A DNA stretch of 64,000 bases from Perkinsela sp. CCAP 1560/9 (Eukaryota; Protista; Euglenozoa: Kinetoplastea), in the NCBI GenBank assembly GCA_965644495.1, contig CBFFSA010000001.1, positions 3,782,001 to 3,846,000 of the forward strand, read 5' to 3'. The translations under genes were made by a program, and so were the position numbers. Every line of letters starts with the position of its first letter. The stretch's first letter is position 1. The notes under the pieces are model-generated. The model was not told the origin of the DNA and did no database searches. It saw nothing but the letters and a program-made list of their open reading frames with translations. This document shows, piece after piece, positions 46,904-58,886 of the stretch.

Positions 46904-47690
46904 TCATCTACACACATCATGTACGTTGCACTGCATGCGTCCCTTCTGTCGTTCAATGTTATTTGGGTCATTGAAGAAGACGCGAACCATACACTGCAGC
47001 AGATCGTCTAACAAGCGCCGCTTTTTATTTTCAATGTGCAATATATGCCCGAATTCACGTTCGGAATGAGTTTCGGTAAAATGAATTTTATTCCGCGCTA
47101 AACGATAAATGCGGAGATGCTTGTACTTTTGGGAATTTGAGGTCTTCCAATAGTTTTCAATGAGCTGCCCATTGACGTCGTGGATCATAAGATCGAAATC
47201 GGAGTCAAAACTTTCGCTTGAGAAGTTATTCTCAAAATACCGGATCACTCTGCTTTTTTCCCATAGTACATAAGCATGGTTTTTATGACGCTGTTCTTCA
47301 TCTCTTTTACATATTTCTCCGTACTGAAGTCGGAATACTTAACGTAAGGAGAAAGAGCACATAAAAACAAAAAAAGGTGAACGCAGTTGCTTGTAGTAGC
47401 GCATACGGAGGTAGGGAACAATAGCCTTAGTACTCACTTCATCAGTTCGCTAGTGCTCCATCAAGGTGAAAAACCCGTTGACGCATTGGAGCGAAGTTGT
47501 TGAAGATGATTCGCATAGCTCGCCAAGCATTCTCAAAGGCATAAGCAAGTGATACTTTTAGGAGGGTTTTTTGATCTTCGGCAGTGAAAAAATCAGAAGT
47601 ATCAGGCTTATTCCACGCCTTCAGCGCTTCCGTAATCCTCTCATTATGATGATCCTCTCATAACATAGCTGCAGAATTATTAATAATTTA
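46904..47690 (-). pseudogene. hAT C-terminal dimerisation-domain fragment
   Basis: ENYWK..KYKHL..ETHSEREFG..ENKKRRL. Confidence 0.6.
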
Positions 47691-47701
47691 TGTGTTGAAT
47701 C

Positions 47702-48500
47702 TTTTTTAGTGGCTTTGTTAAACGCGGTGGTTGTTTTCAACTTAGAGGGTTGAAACCTGTTAAGTTTTGCCAGGTTTTGCCAGGACACCTATTTTTGGGG
47801 GCATCATTTTTGGGAGGCGTGTCACGGCTTCAAGAAGGGGTATCTTGTGAAAACAACGCCGTAGAAAGCTAGTATAGGTCCTAAACTCTCAAACTATTAC
47901 AGGTGAAACGATTTTGAAAAACTACTTTTTAAGCCATATTTTTCGCCAAGTTGACTTTTTTTCAATTTTCTTTTCAGAAAAAACCGAACTTGGCGGCCCC
48001 GTCCTGTTGATACCAGGGGGAGTCGTCCCCGAGTACGGGGGTTGAAAATGTGCACCAAGACCTCGGCTACCCTTTCTGGGGGTATATTTCGAAAAATATT
48101 TTTTTCAAAATTTTTATTTTTTGTGGCGCGAAAATGATTTGCAGCATGGAGACCAAGTGTGTTCTTCACTATTTTTGACAAAGTACTTCGCCACGTCAAT
48201 CAGGAATAAGCGGGTTTTGCCAAGTTTTGCCTTTCATAGGTTTCAACCCTCTTAGAAGTCACTCGTGCTGCGCGCTTCGCGTTGAAAACTGCCTCCGCGT
48301 TTAACGAAGCCACTAAAAAGGAAAAAGCATCATGGATAAACAATTTTTTCGGGTGAAAAAGCTCAATTTTTTGGCGAAAATGGCGAAATTTTACCCCGAA
48401 TTTGGGTCGTTTTTGATGTCTTACCAGTAGGGGTAGGGGACAAATCTGTCGAAAAAAACGTCGCAGAACGGTAGCTGAGGTCCCAAACTCCTAAAATACA
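47702..48500 (+). mobile_element. Repeat family B copy whose terminal palindrome is split by a nested element
   Basis: Palindrome halves at 47702-47744 and 48252-48319 rejoin to the 12360-12467 sequence. Confidence 0.8.
47745..48251. mobile_element. Harbinger/Tourist-type non-autonomous element
   Basis: 14-bp TIR GAGGGTTGAAACCT and TTA duplication at 47742-47744 and 48252-48254. Confidence 0.88.
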
Positions 48501-49636
48501 GGGTCGTTCAGCATTTTTTGAACAATTCTTACAACTTGTAAGTTACAAGTGTATGTTTTCTTCAATTTTTTATTGATGTACCTCAAAAGACAGGCGCGAG
48601 CCTCCTCTAGAAAGGAAAGATACGATGAGTTTGTCGCCAAGCGCGGTTCAGACGCTAGTAATTGTTTTGGTAATTTTTATTTGGCGCCTTTCGTCCAGAT
48701 GAGCGGCTAAAAAACGATTTTCTTTAAACTCTTCGAATCGTGAAAGAAAAGCTTGTCTTTACTCATACGTATTTGAAGCATGCGTTCATATGTATTTGAA
48801 GCATCGGTTAAAATAAGGAAAATTCGGCCTTTAAAAAAAAAGTTTATGTCGGTAAAGCAAATTAAGAATGCTTACATTGTTTTCATAAGTAAAAAATCGC
48901 CACGACTTCGCACGCTTCACTTTTACGACTTCCTCAACTTTCCTTCTTGGACTCTTAGATATGAATATAATCACAAAAATCATGAATGTCTTCAAACATT
49001 CTTAGAAGAACATCGTTCCCGTTCACCTTCAACTTCCCGTTACACTTCTCCGCCAAAGCGCGTACTCGGTGACACCGCTTCTCCGCCTTTCTCCCGAGAA
49101 CACTTCCCTCGCGTTTTAAAGCTTTCTTAACGAGAGAGTTAGCTCCCTCTACCGTGTTTGTGTGAACACCTCCCGAGGTCACCCATTCCCGGCGGTGAAC
49201 CACACTTTCCCACTTGCACTGCCCGTTTAGCTGTAGGTTATGTCGAGCCGAGTCAGTCCAGATCTTAGTGCGTGGACCTGCAGCTAAGGTCGTTATACCT
49301 GGAAGTAATGAATCTGCACTACGATCAGGGACAATTTCCATAAAAATGTTTCGTAATTTATTGTCCCTAGTTGTTTCAACAATGGACCCCCAGCAACTTC
49401 GGTACATTTCTGGGGCCACTGTGGGCCACTATGGGACAATCGGTGCCACGATTGGACACTTCAGAGTTTAAGTTGTGCATTTTGATTGCTTTTAAGTTGT
49501 GTATATTGAGTTCGTAGGGATTTCGTTCTCATGTATTTTTGGTCGACCACGTACAGCAGTTGTAAAATAGAACGAAATGAAGTAACTATGTACATCTAGA
49601 ATTAAACGTCTGTTTCACAGTAATAAGGCTACTAAA

Positions 49637-50533
49637 ATGGAAAAAATGTTTTGTCCACGCTGCAAAGCAGACCGTAACGTAAGTCTTGGAGACCCCCGAA
49701 CGTGTGTAATGTGTGCCTGTCCCATCGAATGCGATGTAAAGGACCCCTGTATTCAGTGTCACAGGGTTTCAGTTCTCATAGGTTCAAACTACTGCCCGTT
49801 GTGCAATTCCCCTCAAGATGGAAAACGACTTCCCGCCAACACCTTAGACCACATTTATGCTCGTGGTCTGAAGGAAGAAAATGTTCTTAACGCATGTGCT
49901 GAGTACGTGGGTCGCATGCTCTGCGGTACGAAGCTTGCGTTCGGACATGTGGCCCACGTCCTTATTCTTATCAAAAGGGCAAAAGATGTTTCTATAAAAA
50001 GATATATCTCGCGTTCGGCCGAAGCAGTTTGCTCGTATTTTAACCATGCGTTGCATCCAGAGGAGCGGGGCTCTCTGCAGGAGTTTTTGCGAAACCTCTG
50101 GAACTTGTATGAGGGCAAGCGCGCCAATGAAAAGAAGGTTCTGAGAGACACAAAGACTGCGTTGGTAGCAAGTTTTTTGTCGGTTCTAGGTGACTCAAGA
50201 TTTGAAATTGATCGAAAGTTTGTTCACCAAGTTCAGGGTGAGATTATGGACAAACTTGGCAATTCAATGGAGGAGAATGATCCTACTGAACTTCTTTCTA
50301 TCCGGGACGACCTTGTTCAACTGCGGATTCTCAAGAAGGGAAAGACTTCGAATGCTCATCTTATTCACGTTGCCCGACCTCCTCGTCAAACTTTGACTGC
50401 CGCAGATCAGGAAGTTGAGATAGTTGAAGTTCGGAACGATGAAAACCTGGTCAGCAATCCGAAGAGGCAACGCGTTTCCCGCATTGCTTCAACTTCAAGT
50501 TCGAACACTTTGCATTTTAAAAGTCGTAAGTAA
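49637..50533 (+). CDS. Accessory protein with four N-terminal CxxC pairs (double zinc ribbon-like) and a basic NLS-like tail
   Basis: CPRC, CVMC, CIQC, CPLC and PKRQR. Lies inside the PHIS-like termini. Confidence 0.75.
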   Translation: MEKMFCPRCKADRNVSLGDPRTCVMCACPIECDVKDPCIQCHRVSVLIGSNYCPLCNSPQDGKRLPANTLDHIYARGLKEENVLNACAEYVGRMLCGTKLAFGHVAHVLILIKRAKDVSIKRYISRSAEAVCSYFNHALHPEERGSLQEFLRNLWNLYEGKRANEKKVLRDTKTALVASFLSVLGDSRFEIDRKFVHQVQGEIMDKLGNSMEENDPTELLSIRDDLVQLRILKKGKTSNAHLIHVARPPRQTLTAADQEVEIVEVRNDENLVSNPKRQRVSRIASTSSSNTLHFKSRK

Positions 50534-50756
50534 GTTGTAGGCCTGTAAATCGCAAGTAAGTTTTAAGCGGTTATGTTGTAAGTGAAAAAGTTGCAAGTAA
50601 GGAATTTGGAAGTAAGGAATTCAAAAAAAATCGTAAATCAAAGAATTTTATTTAATATAGAATCTTTCTTTCCTCTAATAAAATCATAATAATTTTCCTC
50701 TACTTGATACTGATGCTTGGTCGTATTGACACCCCGGAATATGACACACCCGTTAA

Positions 50757-51218
50757 TAAACCCCCCACAGCGAAAAGTCACCCCCCTCTAACTTTTCAGC
50801 CAAGCGTCCGTTTGAGCTCATTTTTGTTGCATTTTGCTGTTCCCAACACAAAGACTTTGTGCGTTATAGCATGGAACCAAAACTCTCAAATGCGTGCATC
50901 CGATAGATGGATTATCACTTTCTTCACATTTTTCAAGAGACCAATTTCTCACACTTTAACTAATTAAATATTTTCCTCCCATGAGGAAATCAGTTATTTC
51001 TGTCCGTTTTTGCTGAGTTTTGTTGCAAACGAGAAATCTCGTTCTCTGTAAAAGCGTCATCAAAAAAATGAGTTTTAATTTCTTATCTGTGAAAAGGTTT
51101 AAAAACAGCGGGAACGTGCAGATCTCAAAATTTTGAACGAAAAAGTGGTGCCGCAACCCCCCGAAGCCTCGTTGTACAAAACAAAGAGGGGGGTGACTTA
51201 TTCGCTGTGGGGGGTTTA
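50757..51218 (-). mobile_element. Tc1-family MITE (related to 76-1012)
   Basis: TIRs TAAACCCCCCACAGCGAA(T)AAGTCACCCCCC and shared AACAGCGGGAACGT..AGATCTC subterminal block. Confidence 0.85.
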
Positions 51219-51220
51219 TA

Positions 51221-52395
51221 GCTGAAACCCGTGACGCACCACCTGATACATCCCGCGATGCACCTGAACCTGATGCTCCCTACGAAAATAAATATTCAGA
51301 GTTGTCTTTATGCGGTTTAACTCATCGCGCTCTCACCTTTCTAAAACAATTTTATCCCTTTGAAGAAATTTTTGCGAGCTTTCTTTTTTTGCGGTGTGGG
51401 GGTAGCTACGACATTGTATCAGAACTCATATCCTTGAAATTCGGAACCGGTTGGTCTGAACGTTCTTGTTCTGACAAGATACCCGCGTTTTTTAAAAAAC
51501 TGCATTCCGATATGAAGGATACATGGCTTTGTTTGGATTCTGATATTTTGCACCATGAATCAAACGCAGTTCTTCCTTTTTGGGATAAGGACATAAAGGT
51601 GGTGATGGACACAGTGCCACTGTACGTTGATAGCTTGCCTCACTGCTATCAACCCAAATATGCTACACACGTCGTGAAAGCGCTCGTAGCATCTACAATA
51701 TCTGGGTATGTTTGCTTCACAGCAGACACATTGTACTGTGGAGCCTCATCCGACGCCGTTATTCAGGACTGTAGTGGTATTCTGGATTTTCTGGCACACA
51801 ATCGTGTTCGCGCTCTTGCTGACGGGGGATTTTACGATGGTCTTACTGATAGATTAATAGTACCCCATTCTAAAGACAAATTTGGTGTTCGAAGCGCCCA
51901 AAATCTAAGTCTATGCAGAAACATCATGATTCAGAAGCAGAGGGTAAAATGTGCTTCAATGAAAAGTTGGCTCATTTTAGATCGCGAGTCGAACACATTT
52001 TTTCTCGTTCGTGCTGTGGCAAATGGCTGGCTTTTAAGCAGTGGACTCGTAGTCCAGATTTTCTTTACTATGCTTTTTCGCGCGCTCTCATGGTTCATAA
52101 CATGGAAGTGTTTCATAAATATGGACCTCAAGGAAGATGTCCACCTCTTACCCCTGAGAAAGTGGAAGCAGTTAAAAAGAAGATAATAGAACACAAAGGA
52201 CAATCTTCCAGATATGGAGTATCTGACAGTTCTACTATCACAGGTCCGATGGACAAATACACGTATCCTAAAAATCTTGATGCGTATGTTTTTTTCGTGA
52301 ACAACAATCCCCCCACCAGCACTCAACCAATAACCCCCTATGATCATACACTCTACGCTCATATACAGTTACCCCTCCTCACTATACTTAGCTAG
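51221..52395 (+). pseudogene. DDE_Tnp_4 (Harbinger/IS5-like) transposase, frameshifted near 51900
   Basis: VVMDTVP, YQPKY, GASSD, ALADGGF, FN..LAHFRSRVEHIF. Confidence 0.85.
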
Positions 52396-54361
52396 GTACG
52401 CTACTTATCAGAGAATCACTTGCCTCTATGTCGTCACGATTCTCCGGCGACGCTCGATTTTTGGGGCCACTATTGGCCACTGTGGGTCGTCTTGTGCCAC
52501 TTAGTCCACTACGGGCCACCCAGGGACTGCATTGGGTCCAATGGTTTGAGCCACCTGGGTTCCTGCCTGTCGCACCCGCCTGGCACGGTTGTTCCCACCT
52601 CGCTTTCGTACCGAGAAAAACATTTCGTCGCACTGCATGGAATTAACAGTGCCGCGCCGTCGAATCTTCCGACGAGTGTGAGCGGTGCTCATGATCGCAT
52701 CAAACATTTGCTTAAGGCTGACAATAGTTTGATGGCTTAGGTCGGTCTCTGTCTCGGAACCCGCGTGAGCTTCGCCACGAGAGTACAGCAGGATGAAGTG
52801 CAGAGTTTGTCTTGCACTTTTTTTCGCCTTCCCAGTCAAAAGAGGCCCCATGGCACCGTATCTACCCTTGCATTTCTTAGTACAGTGTCACGCGCTACCC
52901 TCTAATTCCACTTCTTTTGGTGATGAGTGTGTCCGTTTTCCACAGACAACCCTTCTCGCGACAAGCCCGTGGCTTCGAAGCCACTGCTCGCACTGTGCTT
53001 CGGTCCAGCGTGATATACGGCTGAGGGTGAACTTTTTTCGACAAGCAAACCCCCGACACCCCTGGCATACCATGGAAAATAACGGAAAAAGGGTGTAAAA
53101 TGACGCCCTACGTAGATAATGTCTTTTTGTTGAAAAGAAAATTGTCAAGCTAAAAAGTCATAAAAAAGCGAATTTTCCTTTACTTTCCCCGAAGCATCCG
53201 ATAGGGTAAGAATTTGATACTATCAAACGCAAAACGTGTGTTGTTGTAGAGTTTCCAAATTTCGTTTTTTCCTTTACTTTCTAAGAAAGTAAAGAAGTTT
53301 CTTGGAACATGTCATTGCGATTGGATGAGGAGTCAAGTTACTGTACTTCCCTTCGCTCTGATGCTAGCTCAATCTCAAATCTGAGCGTATCAACACCATC
53401 CTCACTTGGTGATGACCCGGATTGGACTTTGAGTGTTTTCTTGGTAGATTCAAGCGATAACTCTCTTATTAGTGAAGATGAGTGGAGTGATGGGGAGGGT
53501 CTTGTAGCATATGGCCAAGTAGCTTGTAACATCGAACGCGGTGAAGATGAAAATTTTTTAGATTTTATCTCACGAACAAAAGGGGGGTTTCATCTCGCGC
53601 GAGCTCTATCCCCTACGAGAAAATCTCACCCCAAAAAAAATATGATCCAGTGGTTGAAGAATTGATTAGCAATAGTCTTTCTTCTCAGCAACCAGAAGAT
53701 CTAAGAGCAGAAATTCCACACGAGATCGAGCCGAGAATTCCAAATGTACAACCAAGTCACGACGAGGAAAAAAATCAAACAGAAGTAACGGCGGATGAGG
53801 TGCGAAGCAAAAGGAACGTCGAACGTACTCTACGAAGACGTATCGAAAGCTAACAACACAAACTGCGTTTGCGCACACGGCAGTTACGAAATGCTGTAAA
53901 TCGTAACTGTAAGCAAGAAACACGGTATGATGAAATATGTAAGAGGGTAAACGCAAGCATGAAAAACAGTGAGTTCACCCGCAAAGAGGTTGAGATTCGA
54001 TGCTCTCTGTTAGAAAACGAACTAAAGATAGTAAAGGAAGAAGAGCACTTCTTGAAGTACGACACAGGGAAGAGGAGACTGAGGGCCTGTACTTTGTACA
54101 TACCCCTGCCGGGTAAATGGGTAATTACCCGGGTCTGCGACCCAGTTACCCGCACCGACCCGCATTGACAGGTCGTCTTAGAAAGCTACATATACACGTA
54201 TACATCTGTTTGTTGAATCTTGTCATCGGGAAATAAACGTGCATCTTTGTTTCGGACCTTATGGTGAAGTGTTTTAAGGCTAAGTAAGAAGTCAATAATC
54301 ATATTATTCTTGTGTTTGATCGCACTAACTAATCTCTTCTTACTTAAACTTATCTGTACTC

Positions 54362-54544
54362 ATGGCTCGTCAACGACGATTAGAGCAGACACCTAGCACG
54401 CCTGAATTATTTTCTTCATCTGATACTGAAGATGGTAATACCCCTGAGTCAAAAAAAAATGAAGCATCGCGATACTATACGGCACAAAATGACAGTAGAA
54501 TCCTTATCTGGGAAATTCGTGCTCCTGCGCTGTCCTCCCGGATG

Positions 54545-54592
<48 letters not shown>

Positions 54593-55852
54593 TATTATCA
54601 CCGATCCTTTGCGCCAAAAGCTTCATTTCATATGTACCAAGGAAGGATGCGCTTTTGAATCTCACTCTCGTTATAAAAATGTGTATGACAAGCATCGCCG
54701 CGAGTGCTCAAGATCTCTTGAAAATTCCCGATTGGCACAGGTGGAGAGTGCAAATAATCAGGGAGTAATTGTACAGCGCTTCGTAGGAAAAGTACTGCCA
54801 TGCTTGCAGACCCTAACGAATCTTTCTTCTAGTCGGTTTGTCTGGCTCGTTCATAAGTACGAGGATTTACGCCCTGATGTACCTGGAACAATGATAAAAA
54901 GAGCCCTTCCGGAATCAAATTTAAAGAAGTGGCACCACTATTGTGAAGTGCTGTCGCAGGACATATGGGGAAAACTTTCTGCCGACGTAGACTCGCGCAA
55001 GCTCTATGGAATTGCCGTAGACGCGGGCATTGACAAGGTAAAGGCTGAACATATCTTGTTGTCTGTGCTGTACGTTGGGTCAGAAGAGTATGTCTTACCA
55101 CCGATATATTCTCCAAGGCATCGTGCCTTTGACGGAAAGACGGCAGCTGAGCAATTGATTTCTACTCTTCTGGCGAACTTCTACTCTTCTGGTGAAGTTC
55201 GTTTGCTCAAAATGAGATACATGATTGCGGACGGCAGTGCTGTAAATCACGTGGCCAGAAACCACTGTGAAGGCGAGCTCAAGCGAATATACGATCGGAT
55301 TACACCCATTGGTGAGTCTGATACGGCTGCGCTGTTGCAAGGTATTTCTTCTCGAATGCCGCGCATTACTCTCCTACATATCCTACGTAGTACTCCTACG
55401 TATCTTGCATCGGACATATGCTAAACAATGTTTTCCAAACAGCCTTGAAACCATACGAAGAGCTCCGGTGCTTCGCCTTTAAAAAAGCTTTCAGTCAAGC
55501 TTTTTACTCCGGAGGACGTGCAAGCGCCATGAAAGGTAAATATCGGGGCGTTGCCCTGGATTTGGCGCTCACCCATTTCGGTCGAAGTATCCTAAAAGCA
55601 GAAGAAACGTTTCGACAATCATATCATGGACTTGGCGAAGATGTTCCTACCTTCTGTCGAAAAAGGCTACAGAACACCCTGCTTGAATGTGTGTCGAAAT
55701 TAAAGGACGTTTCACCGTGCGAGTCGGAACCAATAATTGAGGCACTGTCAACAGATCAAAAAACGTGGAAAGAGAAGCATTGTCTCCTACTCTCTGAGGG
55801 AGTAAAGTTGCTGAAGTCCTTACAAGCGGCACGGGAAACCTACAAATTGTAG
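54362..55852 (+). pseudogene. hAT-like transposase remnant with an internal (CA)n microsatellite at about 54547-54590
   Basis: Cys/His finger C..EGC..H..EC, AVDAGID, IADGSAVN, HMLNNVF. Frameshifted and truncated by family B. Confidence 0.72.
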
Positions 55853-57122
55853 GAGTCGATTTTGGAAAAATAATATTTTTACCTTTTCTTGGGTCAAAAA
55901 ATAATTTTTTAGGTCACCCCAAAAATTTTGACCTTGTCGGACCCCTCCGACGCCTACCGGGGGGTACCCCCAGGTGGGGGGTGGAAAATCATCGCCGCGG
56001 CATACTCTATCACCTCCCTGCGCACGATTTTGAAATTTTCAAAAAACGACGTATGCCCCCCCTAGACCCCCCCTAGACATATTTTTCAATTTTTTTTCAA
56101 TTTTGCACCACCGGAGCCCCTTCTATATTTTTTTCCCCTATTATAAACCCCCCCAAGGAAAAGTGACCCACCCCTTTTTTTCGTACAAGTGTCCGTTTGA
56201 GCTGATTTTTGTTGCATTTTGCAGATCTCAACACAAAGACTTTGCGCGAGAAGGAATGAAACTAAAAGAAGCGAATAAGTATAATTTAGAGAGAGATTAC
56301 CATTCTTTCACTTTTTCGCCGTTCAATTTTATACACTATTTAAGGCGAGAGTCAAAGCTTAAGACCGTTTTGTCGATCACTTTTTGAGGCAAAGAAGACC
56401 ATGCTTTACGTACACATCGGATAAGTGAAGGTTTGTCCGATCGCGTTTGTTCGTCTACTGCCTCTTGAACCATAGACCAGACGTTTTCTATGGGGGAAAG
56501 GTCTGGTGAATTGGGGGCCAATTTTTTAATACATCTTTCATTCTACTTGTAATGTAGTCCTTAGAGGCGTGGGCGGTATGTGCCGTGGCCCCATCTTGTT
56601 GAAAAATACAATTCATGGGGAATGTTACCTTTTTGAGCGTCTCTATATAGGACATACTCGTGATAGACGAGTCAGAATCCAGAATAACCAAGTGTCTCCA
56701 CCCTACTCCTGTGGCACCCCAAACTTGACATCTTGGCGCCCAGCGTACTTTTTGACGCGGGGCTGCTTTTTGACCGGGTGCTACCCACATATTCTTTCGG
56801 CTATCATTCGTTTCAAATATTTTTTCGTCTGTAAATACAACACGAGATGTATCCATACTGTAAGTTTTTGCAAAGTTTACTCTTTTTATTTTTTGTAACT
56901 CAGTGAGGCCTTGGCACATAGAGCACACAGAGCTGAAAATAGCGGGAACGTACAGATCTCAAAATTTTGAACGATAATGTGGTGCCGTAACCCCCCTACT
57001 CCCCCATGTGCGAAAAATAAGGGTGGGTCACTTATTCAATTTTCCTCTTATATTTTCACTGTTTTTGTTCACCTTTTTTTTCAATAATCGAGGGTAGAGC
57101 GGTAGTTATACAACCGCCGCAA
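55850..57122 (+). mobile_element. Repeat family B copy interrupted by a Tc1 element
   Basis: 55850-56143 and 57040-57122 are colinear with 12700-13035 and 13050-13125, including the 3' GCGGTAGTT/AACCGCCGC hairpin. Confidence 0.78.
56144..57037 (-). mobile_element. Tc1/IS630-family transposon (DD35E), deleted derivative of the 76-1012 family
   Basis: TA|TAAACCCC..AAAAGTGACCC TIR, VVFTDEK, QQDGATAH, SPDLSPIENVW. Confidence 0.88.
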
Positions 57123-57259
57123 ATATTATTATTGTTAACAAATACTATAACGGCAACATGGGACTTTAAGTCAAGTTTGAATCAACAAAATAAAATGAGT
57201 TTATCACTGCAGAACGCCAATTCACATTCTCTCGTTCCTTTACTTACTATCTTACGAAA

Positions 57260-57907
57260 ATGTATTTAGTATATTTGGCATCTCTGCATAGCTCTGACGT
57301 TACACCTTGTCGACTTGGAAGGGTGGGTGCCGCCCTTCCCCAGGAATTTGCTCTCGTCAAAGTTTTAGAAAAAATGAAGCCAGTATTGATTGAAAATTTC
57401 AACTCCACTGACATTGCAGCTTGCAAGTGGTATGGGGTGACTTGCGATGCCGATCATTATGTGACTGCGATTAAATGGGCAAGTATGGGGGAACAGTGTG
57501 GGGTCGCTGCAAAAGGTTTGAAGGGGCCTCCGCAATGGGAACACTTGCCTCCTACGCTCACATCACTTCTCATGTATAATAATTGCCTGTCTGGTGAACT
57601 CCCACTTGATTTGTTGCCAACAGAACTGGAAGTGTTGCGTCTTTCTGCAAATAACTTACACGGGACACTCGATTTCACTCTTGTACCCCGAGCAATGCGA
57701 AAGATTGCACTTACTCATAATTTGTTTCGAAATGTTGTTGGTCTTGGGAATCTACCGAGCGGTCTTGAGGAACTGTCTTTAAGTTTTAACATGAATTTGC
57801 GCGGAGTCTACGATCCAGAAAAATTGCCTCCCAAACTTGTCTCAATGAACATGTTTAGTATTCGAAGTACAAAAATAGAGCAGCGACGAATGTGCCGCGT
57901 GATGTAA
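57260..57907 (+). CDS. Small LRR protein (ends in CRVM, CaaX-like)
   Basis: SSD..RLGRVGAALPQEFAL, ACKWYGVTC, LRRs. Confidence 0.9.
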   Translation: MYLVYLASLHSSDVTPCRLGRVGAALPQEFALVKVLEKMKPVLIENFNSTDIAACKWYGVTCDADHYVTAIKWASMGEQCGVAAKGLKGPPQWEHLPPTLTSLLMYNNCLSGELPLDLLPTELEVLRLSANNLHGTLDFTLVPRAMRKIALTHNLFRNVVGLGNLPSGLEELSLSFNMNLRGVYDPEKLPPKLVSMNMFSIRSTKIEQRRMCRVM

Positions 57908-58199
57908 TGCTGCTTCTTATTTCATGTTCATCTTTTTATTGTGATGATTCATTTGCCCTACAGTTCCCTCTAAATTCGTTTTTTACGAAATTCTCACATG
58001 TGCGTTAACCTCACAAATTTCCATTGTTTACTAAACCACTGTCAAGTTTAAGGTGCAATTTTTTTGCCCCTTTTTTGGGGAAAAATTTACTGTGCAAGCC
58101 GCCTTGGAAGGGTTAGTGCACATCTTCCACCCAAATGCTCGCTAATCCTATTTATCCAAAATATCTCTTTACCGCGGATAGACACTTTTAATAGGATGT

Positions 58200-58620
58200 A
58201 GTGGTAGACATGTAGGAGTAGACATGTAGGTAGTATGGAGTAGACTGGGAGGAAGAAAGAAATGAGAAAACTATCAATTGGAGCAATATGGCAGATGCAT
58301 TACACTCTGAATTTGGTTATGGAATGGGTACTGGGATCGGCTTACGGGGACTCCCAAGGTGGGAGCATTTGCTTTCTGCCCTAGTCTATTTGGGGCCTTT
58401 TGAAAATCACGATCTTGCTGGTGAGGTTCCTCTAGTGGTACTACCACTGACACTGGATTGCCTCCGGAAATGGAAAAATGACACTAGATTGCCTCCGGAC
58501 ATGGGTTTTTCGGGACCTTAGATTTCGGCCATTTGTCCATATCAATGAATCAGTTGTTTTTTTCTAGGAATAAATTCCGTTCGTTTACCAAGTAAATCCA
58601 AAAACTCGTAAACGATATGG
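58200..58620 (+). pseudogene. Decayed LRR-family copy between 29-bp direct repeats
   Basis: GLRGLPRWEHL..LAGEVPL resembles the 57260 gene. CCTTGGAAGGGTTAGTGCACATCTTCCAC occurs at 58102-58130 and 58770-58798. Confidence 0.6.
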
Positions 58621-58886
58621 CATATTTTCTTTAGCGTGATTTATTAGTATTTCATTGCTCTGCCTTCCGTGTCTTATCTCAGTACAATGCACAAATGTAG
58701 ATGAACTTTTATGTGCGAAAGGATGATTTGCAAACGCATTTTGTATTGCTCTGACACAAAGACAAATACCCTTGGAAGGGTTAGTGCACATCTTCCACAC
58801 GTGTAGTCGCTAGTCGGGTCCTTGGTGCGACATCCGTCGTCGCGGAGTGCGCCGATGATATCGGCTATCGCATCAAGGGCTGTATA

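Larger units (their letters stand above)
49384..52539 (+). mobile_element. Full-length two-ORF PHIS/Harbinger-like DNA transposon
   Basis: GGACCC..GGGTCC termini, AAT duplicated at 49381-49383 and 52540-52542 (alternatively CAATG with GACCC ends), GGCCAC subterminal repeats. The empty site restores the Merlin frame. Confidence 0.88.
48955..53073 (-). mobile_element. Second Merlin-family transposase, interrupted by a 3.2-kb PHIS-like insertion
   Basis: N-half MVCQGC..MQCDEMFF..RGGNNRARRVRQAGTQVAQTI (53073-52540) rejoins in frame with VETTRDN..IWTDSAR..VVH..WVTSGGVHTNTVEG (49380-48955). Confidence 0.88.

Noticed and set aside
53309-54168. Broken acidic/coiled-coil ORF followed by ACCCG-rich repeats
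   Set aside because: Fragmented across frames with no recognisable family. It could be TE debris but cannot be supported.
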